IMG/VR virus record: IMGVR_UViG_3300023174_000033
Location: 372,001-436,000 of that record
Length of the DNA: 64,000 bases
Direction: 5' to 3' (one strand)
This document shows positions 49,398 through 59,272 of this stretch, one piece after another (within the stretch, counting starts at the first letter, position 1; each line of letters opens with the position of its first letter). Position numbers and translations under genes: made by a program. A model generated the notes under the pieces. The model was not told the origin of the DNA, ran no database searches, and saw only the letters and a program-made list of their open reading frames with translations.

Positions 49398-52262
49398 TTA
49401 ATAGTTGTAGAACAAAAATAAATTTATTGCTGGATTATTTACACCAGTAGCACCTATTGGACCTTGATTTCCTTGTATACCAGTTGGTCCTTGAACTCCT
49501 TGTGGTCCACCAGCAGGACCAGTAGCCCCTTGTGGCCCAATAATACCATCTATTTTAGAAATTGTAATCCTTGAGTTTGGTTCATTTTGTAACCATCCAG
49601 AACCGTTTATTGTAACAGTACCAGCTTGGTCAGAATTTAAATAAGCTCTTATATCAAAGTAATCATTTTGAGCAAGTGTTATGATGAAAGAAAACATCAC
49701 AGGTTGTCCATAACTATCACTCAATAAAATACTATTTGACGAATACCTATTATTTGAGTTTGTACTTTGACCATTTTTTACACCATATACCTGTAATGAT
49801 GTTGCAAAATCATTAGCACCAAAAGTGGAAATAAAACCAGAAACAGCTACTGTGATAGTAGATGTGTTTATGTTTGTAAATGAATAAGAAGCTCCACTAT
49901 AAGTTACACCCAGAGATCCAATAGTATTTGATGTATCTATGTTTGGCCAAGGTATTATCCCCTCTGTATTGGGTGATATTGATGTGGCATTTGTTTGGTC
50001 TCCAAATCTACCTATACTTGCAAAACTTGTTCCTGCAGTTGGACCTTGAACACCTATAGCTCCTTGTGGTCCAGTATTTCCTTGTAGACCAGTTACACCT
50101 TGTGGACCAGTTACACCTTGGACTCCTTGAAAACCTTGAGGACCTTGCAGACCTTGAAATCCTTGTGGACCAGTTGTACCAGTTCCAGCACTAACTATAA
50201 ATAATGCTAAGTTATTATTATTAGAAAAGTTATGGGTTGCACTTAATAAACTAACTTTCACCTCAACATAACCAGTTTGTATAGAAGCATCCGTAGTCAC
50301 TACCCATTTTTGATAATTATTTGAATTTCCTTGGTCCTGTAAGATTAATATATCATTAACTTTTATCAAAGCCAATATAAAATCTATATCTATATTATCA
50401 TTTGTTATATGTGATATATTTAGTTGTGTTGCTGATGTCTGTGTAGCATTATCCCATAGAATATATTGACTACCAGGGTTACCACTTGTTAATGTTGTTT
50501 TGGCCTTATATAAGAAAGTATTGGTTGAACCACCAGCTGGACCTTGGTCACCTTGTGGACCTTGGTCTCCTTGAAATCCTTGTGGTCCATCAAAACCCTG
50601 AGGTCCCATATCTCCTTGTGGACCTTGGTCTCCTTGAAATCCTTGTGGTCCATCAAAACCTTGCGGACCATCAAATCCTTGCGGACCATCAAATCCTTGC
50701 GGACCATCAAATCCTTGCGGACCATCAAATCCTTGCGGACCTGGATCACCCTGTGGACCTGGATCACCCTGTGGACCTGGATCACCCTGTGGACCTGGAT
50801 CGCCCTGTGGACCTGGATCGCCCTGTGGACCTGGATCGCCCTGTGGACCTGGATCGCCCTGTGGACCTGGATCACCCTGTGGACCTGTGTTACCTTGAAC
50901 ACCCTGGAATCCTTGTGGACCAGTATTACCTTGAAAACCCTGAGGTCCAGTAAATCCTTGTGAACCAGTAAGTCCTTGATTCCCCTGTGGACCTTGTAAA
51001 CCTTGGAATCCTTGGAATCCTTGTGGACCTGTAAATCCCTGAGGTCCTTCTATACCAATAGACAATGGTACAAAAATCATATCGTGTCCATTAGTAAATG
51101 AATAACCACCATTAACATAAGTAACTGGTATTGAAACATAACTATTAGGTGTAATACTAGTTGTCCCACTAACTGTCCATTTTTGATAGTTATTTGAGTT
51201 ATTCTCATCTTGGAGTATTAAACTATCACCAGTTTTAATCAATGCTAAAAATACATCTATATCTACACCATCTCTTGTTAAGTGAGAAACATATAATATA
51301 GTTGAGCTTATTTGCGTGGCATTATTCCACACAATCTGTGAGTTATTTGGTGGAGGTGATTGTGTATTTGTTCTAGCATTATATTTGTAATAAGATACTG
51401 ATACACCATCAGCACCAGCAGCACCAGTTCCACCTTGAATACCTTGTACACCTTGAAATCCTTGTGGGCCTGTATAACCTTGAAATCCTTGTACACCTTG
51501 AAATCCTTGTGGGCCTGTATAACCTTGAAATCCTTGTGGACCAGTAGTTCCCTGACTACCAGTTGAACCTTGATTTCCAGTAGTTCCCTGACTACCAGTT
51601 GAACCTTGAGGACCAGTATTACCTTGAGCACCAGTACCACCAAAAGCACCCCCTTGAATACCTTGAAATCCTTGAGGACCAGTATTACCTTGGTTTCCAG
51701 TACCTCCACCAAGTGGTCCCTGAGCACCAGTATTTCCCTGAGGACCAGTATTACCTTGATTACCAGTACCACCACCTAAACCACCTTGAACACCCTGTGG
51801 TCCAGTATAACCTTGAAATCCTTGTGGACCTTGGATTCCTTGTACACCAGTAAAACCTTGGGGTCCCTCTGTGCCGGCACCTGTTATGACAAGACCACTG
51901 GTGGTGGTAGCAAAAATCAGTGTATAATCATCAGTACTATTATGTGTTAAAGTATATGTTGTTATTTCTTGGAAACTACCATCCAATACTTGAACTACCG
52001 GATAATATCCAAAACTATGTGTTATTGTTAATGTATCAGAAGAACTAAAAGTGCTATTTAAAATGGAGGGAACCCCACCAGATCCTTGTGGACCTTGTTG
52101 ACCTTGTGATCCAGTCTCACCATTAGCCCCTATAACACCATTTCCCCCAGAAATTTCCAAAAGATTTCCATCACCATCATAAAATTGACCATCGATATAT
52201 TGGACCATCACTGGCAATTTTTCGAAGGTTAATTGAAATATTTTATTTGGTAAATCTGCCAA
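49398..52262 (-). CDS. Second collagen-like fibre protein
   Basis: GPQG tracts, two copies of a YK..WxNATQ..ISH..D.D domain, and a module shared with 3..6074. Confidence 0.85.
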   Translation of the reverse strand: MADLPNKIFQLTFEKLPVMVQYIDGQFYDGDGNLLEISGGNGVIGANGETGSQGQQGPQGSGGVPSILNSTFSSSDTLTITHSFGYYPVVQVLDGSFQEITTYTLTHNSTDDYTLIFATTTSGLVITGAGTEGPQGFTGVQGIQGPQGFQGYTGPQGVQGGLGGGTGNQGNTGPQGNTGAQGPLGGGTGNQGNTGPQGFQGIQGGAFGGTGAQGNTGPQGSTGSQGTTGNQGSTGSQGTTGPQGFQGYTGPQGFQGVQGFQGYTGPQGFQGVQGIQGGTGAAGADGVSVSYYKYNARTNTQSPPPNNSQIVWNNATQISSTILYVSHLTRDGVDIDVFLALIKTGDSLILQDENNSNNYQKWTVSGTTSITPNSYVSIPVTYVNGGYSFTNGHDMIFVPLSIGIEGPQGFTGPQGFQGFQGLQGPQGNQGLTGSQGFTGPQGFQGNTGPQGFQGVQGNTGPQGDPGPQGDPGPQGDPGPQGDPGPQGDPGPQGDPGPQGDPGPQGDPGPQGFDGPQGFDGPQGFDGPQGFDGPQGFDGPQGFQGDQGPQGDMGPQGFDGPQGFQGDQGPQGDQGPAGGSTNTFLYKAKTTLTSGNPGSQYILWDNATQTSATQLNISHITNDNIDIDFILALIKVNDILILQDQGNSNNYQKWVVTTDASIQTGYVEVKVSLLSATHNFSNNNNLALFIVSAGTGTTGPQGFQGLQGPQGFQGVQGVTGPQGVTGLQGNTGPQGAIGVQGPTAGTSFASIGRFGDQTNATSISPNTEGIIPWPNIDTSNTIGSLGVTYSGASYSFTNINTSTITVAVSGFISTFGANDFATSLQVYGVKNGQSTNSNNRYSSNSILLSDSYGQPVMFSFIITLAQNDYFDIRAYLNSDQAGTVTINGSGWLQNEPNSRITISKIDGIIGPQGATGPAGGPQGVQGPTGIQGNQGPIGATGVNNPAINLFLFYNY
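50650..50885 (-). repeat. 18-bp coding tandem repeats (GPQGDP x8, GPQGFD x5)
   Basis: GGACCTGGATCRCCCTGT and GGACCATCAAATCCTTGC units on the + strand. Confidence 0.9.
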
Positions 52263-52322
52263 ACTATTTGCTTTATTTTTATATATTAATACCGACAGAA
52301 CTCAAAAAAAATTTTAATTATT

Positions 52323-52541
52323 ATGATTGGATTTGTTAGTTACCCAACACCAAATAAAACCTATAAACATTACAAGGGAGGTTTGTATAAAGTTCTTTTT
52401 TTATCCAAACATACCGAAACGGATGAAATATTAGTAAATTACCAATCAATTCTTTTTGGTTCTTATTATTCAAGACCACTAGAATCTTGGAATTCTACAA
52501 CAGAAAGAGGTGAACCACGTTTTAAAGAAGTTATACAATGA
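52323..52541 (+). CDS. DUF1653-family protein
   Basis: YKHYKGGLYKV...HTETDEILVNYQS...YSRPLESW. Confidence 0.8.
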   Translation: MIGFVSYPTPNKTYKHYKGGLYKVLFLSKHTETDEILVNYQSILFGSYYSRPLESWNSTTERGEPRFKEVIQ

Positions 52542-52972
52542 TTAAGGAAAAAGAATTTATCCTGAATAAAATAAAAATTGAAGGTGATGCAAAAGAATGG
52601 AACTATACTTGTAAAAATGGTATAGAATTCAAATGTTATATTCGTAGAGTTCCAAGAAGCGGACACCTTTGTGGTTATGTGCACCTAACACCTGATAACG
52701 ATTACTTTGGTTATGAATATGATCATATACCAGTAGATTGCCATGGTGGATTGACCTATAGTTCTGACCATGATGGTGAGTGGGTTATTGGATTTGATTG
52801 TGCTCACTTTGGTGATAATAAACCATTTTATTCCGATATGGAAATCTATGGGAATGATGGTACTTATAGAGATATGGAATATCTTACTAAAGAATGTGAA
52901 TCTATTTGTGAACAATTATCAACTAAAAGTAAATCACATTATAGAACAAAAAAATTAAATGAAATATTATGA
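52538..52972 (+). CDS. Conserved phage protein (HGGLTY..GFDCxH) with C-tag (RTKKLNEIL)
   Basis: GHLCGYV, CHGGLTYS, IGFDCAHFGD. Confidence 0.75.
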   Translation: MIKEKEFILNKIKIEGDAKEWNYTCKNGIEFKCYIRRVPRSGHLCGYVHLTPDNDYFGYEYDHIPVDCHGGLTYSSDHDGEWVIGFDCAHFGDNKPFYSDMEIYGNDGTYRDMEYLTKECESICEQLSTKSKSHYRTKKLNEIL

Positions 52973-53145
52973 AACAATTTTTTTACGTATTAATGATTTT
53001 AAGCCTTTTAACCACAGCTTTTTTTGTATTTATTGGTCTTAAATTAGCTGAATCCGCAGTTCAAGAAGCATCTGCTGCTGGATTCGCTTGTGTATTTGGA
53101 ATTATAAGTAGAATTCTACAAGCAGAAGCACATAAGTCTGAATAA
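52969..53145 (+). CDS. 58-aa membrane peptide
   Basis: MKQFFYVLMILSLLTTAFFVFIGLKL...; ATG overlaps the upstream stop. Confidence 0.6.
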   Translation: MKQFFYVLMILSLLTTAFFVFIGLKLAESAVQEASAAGFACVFGIISRILQAEAHKSE

Positions 53146-53166
53146 TCAAAATAAATATATACTTCG

Positions 53167-53577
53167 ATGGAGTATATAAAATTATTTGAAAGTTTTTTTA
53201 GTGGTGGAATGCCTGAAGAAATCACCAGTGAACAATGGAATGAATTGCAAATAACAGAAAAAGATGAATATGGAGAAATAATCAAAAACTCTCCAATACC
53301 ACCTTATCTTTTTAGAGAAATTGTTGCAATTGGTGGTGCGGAAAGATACTTACCAACTAGAGAAGGTGGATCTATTCAGATGCACGGCAGAAGACCAAAC
53401 ACTAAACATTTATATGTTGTGTATTTTACACCCAAAGATGATGCTCCTTTTTATTTAATAAGATTTTCAACAGATAATAACCCACCAGAAAGAGTACAAA
53501 AGGAAAAGGGTTTTGTCAAGCTTTATGTAGCTGATGATTTTGAACAAGTGAAAAACTTTTGTAAAGAAAATCTATAA
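53167..53577 (+). CDS. N-tag paralog family protein
   Basis: MEYIKLFESF; YVADDFEQV. Confidence 0.72.
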   Translation: MEYIKLFESFFSGGMPEEITSEQWNELQITEKDEYGEIIKNSPIPPYLFREIVAIGGAERYLPTREGGSIQMHGRRPNTKHLYVVYFTPKDDAPFYLIRFSTDNNPPERVQKEKGFVKLYVADDFEQVKNFCKENL

Positions 53578-53584
53578 AAGTTTT

Positions 53585-53929
53585 ATGGAAAAGAAAAATA
53601 CTATCTTTTGTGATATAGATGGAACTATATTTGTTTACAGGAAATTTGAAACCTATACACAAACCAAACCTGAAGTTATACCATCAACAGTTAAATATCT
53701 CAAAGAGCAAGCCGATTTAGGGCATATGATTGTCCTTACTACCGCTAGGCCGGAACATTTAGAAACACACACTATTAGAGAGTTACTTGAGACTAGAATA
53801 CCATATCACAAATTAATTATGGGAATAGAAAGAGGTCCAAGATATTTAATTAACGATATGGATCCACAAAATGAAGGATTGAGAGCTTATGCTATCAATC
53901 TCGAAAGAGATAAAGGATTCACAGAATAA
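53585..53929 (+). CDS. Small HAD-superfamily phosphatase-like protein
   Basis: IFCDIDGTI motif I, VLTTARP motif II, YLINDM motif IV. Confidence 0.75.
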   Translation: MEKKNTIFCDIDGTIFVYRKFETYTQTKPEVIPSTVKYLKEQADLGHMIVLTTARPEHLETHTIRELLETRIPYHKLIMGIERGPRYLINDMDPQNEGLRAYAINLERDKGFTE

Positions 53930-53942
53930 TATATAAGTTTTT

Positions 53943-54024
53943 ACCGGTGGCTTAAGTGTCACATTTTAGGACCGGTTATAGTTTAGGCTATAAGGAAACC
54001 AAGAACTCGCTACTCTTGGTTTTC
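53943..54024 (+). ncRNA. Candidate ~80-nt three-hairpin small RNA ending in a terminator
   Basis: TAATATATA at 53927-53935, then ACCGGT/ACCGGT, TTATAG/CTATAA and GAAACCAAGA/TCTTGGTTTT stems; no ORF. Confidence 0.45.
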
Positions 54025-54053
54025 ACTTTTTATATGGAAATAAAAAAGGTGTC

Positions 54054-54281
54054 TTAATTGACACCTAATTCATTTGAGAACTTTTCAATCAGTTCGTCAA
54101 TCACCAACATCACATCTTTTGAATCAGTTAGGATTTCAATTTGTCCCCTGAGTTCTTCCATCACCTGTGGATGTTCTCCAATTCCTGCGGCATTTGTTAG
54201 ATAAACTTTGATAGTTTCCTCTGCTTCTGCTGCCTTTGCTTCATAGTGAAGTCTTGCTGCTTTTAATCTTGATAATTTCAT
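54054..54281 (-). CDS. Conserved phage hypothetical protein (GIGEHP motif)
   Basis: YLTNAAGIGEHPQVMEEL. Confidence 0.75.
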   Translation of the reverse strand: MKLSRLKAARLHYEAKAAEAEETIKVYLTNAAGIGEHPQVMEELRGQIEILTDSKDVMLVIDELIEKFSNELGVN

Positions 54282-54359
54282 TGTTTTATTATAGTTCTTA
54301 ATATGTTTTTGTTTTCGGTAAAAAATACAACTTTGCTAATTTAAATATATAATATAATT

Positions 54360-54500
54360 ATGGAAGAAAAGAAATGTGTTTGGTGTAAAAAACCATTCAA
54401 AAATGAAACTCCCGAAACTCACTATTGTCTTGTGAAAAAGAAGGTAGATGATTGGGAAGCTAAACAACGTGAGAAAGGTCAACTCAAACGAGTAAAGTGA
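54360..54500 (+). CDS. 46-aa CxxC..HxC zinc-finger-like peptide
   Basis: MEEKKCVWCKKPFKNETPETHYCLVKKKVDDWEAKQREKGQLKRVK; AATATATA upstream. Confidence 0.55.
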   Translation: MEEKKCVWCKKPFKNETPETHYCLVKKKVDDWEAKQREKGQLKRVK

Positions 54501-55078
54501 TCACAAAGTTTTGTAAGGTCTTTGTTAATTAATTCCAACTTTGTCTGTTTAGTCTTTTCCAAACGCTTTTCGTTTTCCTCATTAAAGGAATTGATGAAAA
54601 ATTCAGCCAATTTATCCTTGATAGTTACTTCATAAAGGTAAGACCTTTGATTATTTATATTAAAAATAGTTAAAAGATAATCAACTTCATTCATACGGTT
54701 TAGACAAAGTAGAAAATTAGTATTTTCAAGGTGTATGTCTTTCGTAATTAGACTACTTGTGAATTTAGTCTTTGGATCTTTCAATAAAGATGTCCAAAGT
54801 TTTTTTGATTTCCAATGAATTGGAGTTTCTTCATAGTTAGATTTTGTTTGCTTTCTGATAAAAGTAGTAATATCACTTTTGATTGATACATATCTTCTTA
54901 ACATAAAAAATTTGAGCCGGTTTGTATTTTTTAATTTTGATTTATACACCACAAAACCCACAATACCCATTGATAGGGTATAAAGATACAAAAACAATTT
55001 ACTCTCGTAGATGCCATTCAACAGATTCGGTGCTAAAAATAAAATAGAAGTGAAGAGAAGGTAAGGAATAGTTTTCAT
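54479..55078 (-). CDS. Hypothetical membrane-anchored protein
   Basis: Likely start MKTIPY at 55078; TATCTTTG at 55109. Confidence 0.65.
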   Translation of the reverse strand: MKTIPYLLFTSILFLAPNLLNGIYESKLFLYLYTLSMGIVGFVVYKSKLKNTNRLKFFMLRRYVSIKSDITTFIRKQTKSNYEETPIHWKSKKLWTSLLKDPKTKFTSSLITKDIHLENTNFLLCLNRMNEVDYLLTIFNINNQRSYLYEVTIKDKLAEFFINSFNEENEKRLEKTKQTKLELINKDLTKLCDHFTRLS

Positions 55079-55192
55079 AGTGATTTGTTGTTGTGAAGTA
55101 TTATATGACAAAGATACTATAATCGTTTGGTAAAAAAAATAAAAAAAATTGTTGGTCTTTTCGATAATTCACCATATATTTGTAGTAGAAAC

Positions 55193-55266
55193 AGACAGGT
55201 GGCGCAATCGGTGAGCGCAGGACTCTTATACGGTCAAGGTTGTGGGTTCAAGTCCCATCCTGTCAA
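55193..55266 (+). tRNA. tRNA-Ile (anticodon UAU)
   Basis: Manual fold: acceptor GACAGG/CCTGTC (1:72 mismatch), D stem GCGC/GCGC, anticodon loop CT-TAT-AC, T arm GTGGG-TTCAAGT-CCCAT; CCA not encoded. Confidence 0.8.
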
Positions 55267-55323
55267 CAAATAAAATCTGTAAACAAAGAGGGCTAATAAT
55301 ATAAAATATTAAGATATATAAAA

Positions 55324-55397
55324 GGGCTCTTAACTCAGTAGGTCAGAGTGTCGGTCTCATAAACCGGAAGTCGTTGGTTCAAACCCAACAGGGCCCA
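55324..55397 (+). tRNA. tRNA with CAU anticodon (elongator Met or lysidine Ile2; not initiator)
   Basis: GGGCTCT/AGGGCCC acceptor, ACTC/GAGT D stem, loop CT-CAT-AA, GTTGG-TTCAAAC-CCAAC T arm. Confidence 0.88.
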
Positions 55398-55430
55398 CAC
55401 TTTTTTATTAAAAAAAACTAATTAACTAAC

Positions 55431-55673
55431 TTGTTCAAGAGTTCAGACTATTTCAACGTCGTATGTATCGAAAATTGTAAATCTACCAAAGAATTCTGGC
55501 CAATAACAATTGGTAAGCATTATCAAATCAAAAGTGGTTGGAAAACTTCAAATATTGCCTTCTATAACATAATAGCTGATGATGGAAAAGAATGGATAAT
55601 ACCATCTACTTTTTTCAAATATGTAGATGAAGTAAGAGAGATAAAGATAGAGGAAATCCTTACTGTAAATTAA
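55431..55673 (+). CDS. Small CI..GKxY family protein with C-tag
   Basis: VVCIE..ITIGKHYQI..FKYVDEVREIKIEEIL. Confidence 0.7.
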   Translation: MFKSSDYFNVVCIENCKSTKEFWPITIGKHYQIKSGWKTSNIAFYNIIADDGKEWIIPSTFFKYVDEVREIKIEEILTVN

Positions 55674-56401
55674 CCAGCTTTCCTCCTGCCAAGTGAATCT
55701 ATACTCCCATCATGCTTGAACTCACTAACCATTCCAGAAAGATAAATAGTTCCAAAATGGTAATCATCTTTCGGGTCAAATAAATAGTAATCATAACCCG
55801 TGAATATCTTATTATAGTCACTCATAAGTGTTCTCCACTCATTAGTTCTTCTTCCCACCGCCCATATATTCTTCGAATTTTTATAGTCATTGATGGGTAC
55901 ACTTAACAAATCATAATTATTTCCCTGTTTATATGGACTTGACTGTAACCAATCCTCAAATCCATCCCAACCATCAACTAACCACCAGTCTTTGACAAAA
56001 TAAATATCTTTGGTTCCTTTCAAAGTAAGGTGACTTGCATCTACTGGTAGTTCAGTTTGAATTAAAAAATAATCATCTTGGTATTTAGCTAGACTCATAT
56101 CTTTCCTAAATCCATTTGGAATTTCAACTTTCCAATTTACTTGATTGATTTTTCCTGAAGTACCAGTTGCTGGATAGAGTGATCGACTAACAAGTTGTAG
56201 ACCAGTTAGTTCTGGTTTTAAATATTTAGTAAATAACTTTTCAATTTGTAATAAATCACTTGAATTTAGTTCTTCTGTGCCCGGACTCTTTTCCATATCG
56301 AAGAAAAGGTCATTGAAAAGGTCTTGACCTAAATTTACATAGGTTGAACTTTTCAAATACTTTTCGTGTCTTGACTCATTGAATTTCCTTAAATATCTCA
56401 T
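55670..56401 (-). CDS. N-tag family protein (two-domain)
   Basis: MRYLRKFNES; QDDYFLI; TAATATATA at 56410. Confidence 0.75.
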   Translation of the reverse strand: MRYLRKFNESRHEKYLKSSTYVNLGQDLFNDLFFDMEKSPGTEELNSSDLLQIEKLFTKYLKPELTGLQLVSRSLYPATGTSGKINQVNWKVEIPNGFRKDMSLAKYQDDYFLIQTELPVDASHLTLKGTKDIYFVKDWWLVDGWDGFEDWLQSSPYKQGNNYDLLSVPINDYKNSKNIWAVGRRTNEWRTLMSDYNKIFTGYDYYLFDPKDDYHFGTIYLSGMVSEFKHDGSIDSLGRRKAG

Positions 56402-56419
56402 AGATAGTGTATATATTAA

Positions 56420-56641
56420 CTATCCGAGCAATATATTCAATTTATCATTTCTATGTTCATTTAAACGCTTGAACATTTTTATAGGATAGTGTCCCATTCT
56501 ATCATAGTCATTTACAACCCAACACAAATCAATATCATTAGTCAAAGTTAGATCGTATACTTTACCTATTACGAATGGACCTTCAATTATGGAATCCTCC
56601 CAATAGGTATTGTCTATACAGACTGCTTTTATTTTTTCCAT
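56420..56641 (-). CDS. Small CI..GKxY family protein with C-tag
   Basis: AVCID..IGKVYDL..FKRLNEHRNDKLNILL. Confidence 0.75.
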   Translation of the reverse strand: MEKIKAVCIDNTYWEDSIIEGPFVIGKVYDLTLTNDIDLCWVVNDYDRMGHYPIKMFKRLNEHRNDKLNILLG

Positions 56642-56642
56642 A

Positions 56643-56966
56643 TTAAAGAGTTTTAATCCATTCTATAAGTAGTAATGATACTTTATATCCACAGAATGCT
56701 CCAAGTGCGGATGGAATTGGAAATACAATTAATTTACCTAAATCAGTAACATATTTAGGTCTATTAACAATTTTCCCCATAAAAAAGTAATAAGCTAAAT
56801 AACCAAGTAAAACAGCAATATCTGTTTTAGTAGCTATAAAAACCACAAGAGTTGCACCAATAAAACCAAAAGTAAAGTTATCTCTTACACCCTCCCATAC
56901 TTCATATGGTGTTGCTTCATTAATTTCTTTAATTATCTTCTTATGTAGTTCTTTAGTCTTTCTCAT
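56643..56966 (-). CDS. Membrane protein
   Basis: Three hydrophobic helices; ATG overlaps the MTase stop. Confidence 0.7.
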   Translation of the reverse strand: MRKTKELHKKIIKEINEATPYEVWEGVRDNFTFGFIGATLVVFIATKTDIAVLLGYLAYYFFMGKIVNRPKYVTDLGKLIVFPIPSALGAFCGYKVSLLLIEWIKTL

Positions 56967-57712
56967 TTTTGTTTTTTCCATTCTTCAAAGTGATCGATTT
57001 GTGGTTGTGATAATTCAGATCCTATATAACTCATTCCCCTTTCAATACAAGCTTTAGCAGTAGTTCCAATTCCCATAAAACTATCATATACAAGTGAGTT
57101 GGGTTTAGCATAAATATCCATTAACTTAGTAATAAGTTCAGTAGAAAAAGTAGCTTTGTTTAGGGGATTAGAACCATCATTATTTCTAGCTTCAATAAAG
57201 TTATAGATATTCTCATAGTTAGCTTGCCCAGTTCTTTCAATTCTACCAGTTATTTTCTTATTAGCATCAAAGGTTTTGAATTCATTTTTCCTAGAAAAGA
57301 CAAAGATATATTCAACTATTCTTGTAAGTTTATTCTTACTCACATTATTTGGAATAGCATTTGATTTTTTCCAAACGATACAATCTGCTGTAATAAAGTT
57401 AGTTCTTCTAATAATATCAGCGATAACTAACCAAATTAAATGTGTTTTCTCACTTGAATAAGACATATTGTAAAGAACACAACCATTTGGTTTTAATATT
57501 TTATCATAACCATTAAAGACATCACAAGTCCAGTCAATATATTCTTGGTCTGTTTTGAAGTCTTGGAATATGTCATACCTACTGGAATATTTATCTGCTG
57601 CGCCAACTCTGGATGTATTATATGGTGGTGATGTAATGACCATATCAACCTGTCCTTGAAGTTCAGGTCTATTCATTGTATCAAAGCAGGATTCGTTATA
57701 AATTATATTCAT
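56963..57712 (-). CDS. Orphan DNA methyltransferase, beta class (N4-C/N6-A)
   Basis: ITSPPYN motif IV precedes VYDSFMGIGTT motif I. Confidence 0.92.
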   Translation of the reverse strand: MNIIYNESCFDTMNRPELQGQVDMVITSPPYNTSRVGAADKYSSRYDIFQDFKTDQEYIDWTCDVFNGYDKILKPNGCVLYNMSYSSEKTHLIWLVIADIIRRTNFITADCIVWKKSNAIPNNVSKNKLTRIVEYIFVFSRKNEFKTFDANKKITGRIERTGQANYENIYNFIEARNNDGSNPLNKATFSTELITKLMDIYAKPNSLVYDSFMGIGTTAKACIERGMSYIGSELSQPQIDHFEEWKKQK

Positions 57713-58098
57713 TTTAGTAGTTGTTCTATTCTTTGGTTTCTTTTTTCTTGTGGTTTTAAAACTGGATTATACTTGAAGTATCTATCAAACTTTAGTAACC
57801 AATATAGTGAATAAGGGTCAAAGTAAGTGATTAAGTTTCTATTCAAATAAACATTTTTTTGTAGCTCATAATGTCCATTTCTCCATCTATAAAACTTTCC
57901 TGTTATGTATAGGTTTTCATCTTCAGTTATTGTATTTCCATCAACACTTTCCCAAAGGTAAAACTTTTTATTAGGAAGGTCGTCATATACCTTTTTATAG
58001 TATTTCCATTTATTAAAGTTAGTCATAATAGAAGCAAACACAAATGGAATGAAACTAGCAATGACTACAACAAAAATATTAAAATGTAATGTAATCAT
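57709..58098 (-). CDS. Membrane-anchored hypothetical protein with C-tag (RNQRIEQLL)
   Basis: ORF track. Confidence 0.7.
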   Translation of the reverse strand: MITLHFNIFVVVIASFIPFVFASIMTNFNKWKYYKKVYDDLPNKKFYLWESVDGNTITEDENLYITGKFYRWRNGHYELQKNVYLNRNLITYFDPYSLYWLLKFDRYFKYNPVLKPQEKRNQRIEQLLK

Positions 58099-58101
58099 TT
58101 T

Positions 58102-58422
58102 TTAGATAAGGTCTTTATCCTTTAGACGTTTTAGATAGGAAGTAGCACCAGTATCGCCAGACATATACCATTCAAGTTCTTTTGCTCTGAATGCGCAGTT
58201 GTTTAGGTCTTTGATTAGTTTATGAACTTCATTTAAGATAAGTTCTCTTTCTTCTGGTGTTGCGTCACCAATTCTATCATACTCTACCATAGGTCTTTTA
58301 CCAAAACCATTGTGGGTATAATCCTCACCTTCATATTTGCCATCATTAACAAACATATTTTCAATTTCATCAGCCAACATTTGGACTTTGAAATAACCAT
58401 AATCAAATGAACCTCCCGACAT
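58102..58422 (-). CDS. Conserved phage hypothetical protein
   Basis: MSGGSFDY...ELEWYMSGDTG; TATCTTTG at 58441. Confidence 0.75.
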   Translation of the reverse strand: MSGGSFDYGYFKVQMLADEIENMFVNDGKYEGEDYTHNGFGKRPMVEYDRIGDATPEERELILNEVHKLIKDLNNCAFRAKELEWYMSGDTGATSYLKRLKDKDLI

Positions 58423-58459
58423 AACTTTTATATTTTTTTACAAAGATAAGGGATTAAGT

Positions 58460-58675
58460 TTAATTCTCCAAAATCTTTTGTAAAAAGTATTCTCTAATGA
58501 TTGACTTATCCCAAAAATATTTAGCTGGTATATCTACTCGTCTCCCAAGATTATCAATGGTTAAATAAAGAACACCATGTTCCATTTTTACTTCAACCAA
58601 TTCATATTCATCACCTAACTTTATATTAGCGTGATTTGCTGGTGAATAGTGTTCCTTAATACATTTGATTATCAT
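58460..58675 (-). CDS. Array gene 17: small CI family protein with C-tag
   Basis: IKCIK..LGDEYEL..REYFLQKIL. Confidence 0.7.
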   Translation of the reverse strand: MIIKCIKEHYSPANHANIKLGDEYELVEVKMEHGVLYLTIDNLGRRVDIPAKYFWDKSIIREYFLQKILEN

Positions 58676-58995
58676 AGGTTTAATATCTCATCTATATCAT
58701 CATCCCGTTTTTGTTCTTTGGATGGTAGTGCCACATCTACTAAATATACTTTGAAGTTAAGGATTTCTTCTTGGATACTACCATCTTTCATATCATAAAA
58801 CTCTTTATAAACAAACTTACCTTGGTAATCATTTGGATATTTACTATTATCTGGCACAAAATCAACAAACTCACCCCTTTGTCTTGGTACACCGCAATAA
58901 TCATCAAGATATTCTCTGATGTATTTGAGGGTTGGACCAACACAGATTGGTGTACCATCTTGTAATACCACATGGGAAAATTTTACTACTTTCAT
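58672..58995 (-). CDS. Array gene 16: unrelated body with C-tag
   Basis: ..RDDDIDEIL. Confidence 0.7.
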   Translation of the reverse strand: MKVVKFSHVVLQDGTPICVGPTLKYIREYLDDYCGVPRQRGEFVDFVPDNSKYPNDYQGKFVYKEFYDMKDGSIQEEILNFKVYLVDVALPSKEQKRDDDIDEILNL

Positions 58996-58996
58996 T

Positions 58997-59272
58997 TTAC
59001 AAAGATAATATATTTTCTATTTTTTCCTCTCTAATTTCTTCAATTGTTTTGAACTCTGAAATAGGGTAGTAGTATTTGGTTGTTCCCTTATCAGATTTTT
59101 CAATCAAATAATATCTTTTATCATCGTTTATTTTGGATGAAATATGACTACCAAACCAAACATAAGGATTTGTGTAAGGAGCCAAGGTATCTTCTCTTGG
59201 TAAGGCATTATACACTTTACCATCAGTTAATTCATCCCACTCAACATCAGTTTTGATTTTAATAACTTTCAT
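58997..59272 (-). CDS. Array gene 15: T.GKxY family with C-tag
   Basis: LTDGKVYNA..REEKIENIL. Confidence 0.72.
   Translation of the reverse strand: MKVIKIKTDVEWDELTDGKVYNALPREDTLAPYTNPYVWFGSHISSKINDDKRYYLIEKSDKGTTKYYYPISEFKTIEEIREEKIENILSL

Noticed and set aside
55324-55397. Initiator tRNA-fMet
   Set aside because: Has a G1:C72 pair and lacks the three consecutive G:C pairs in the anticodon stem
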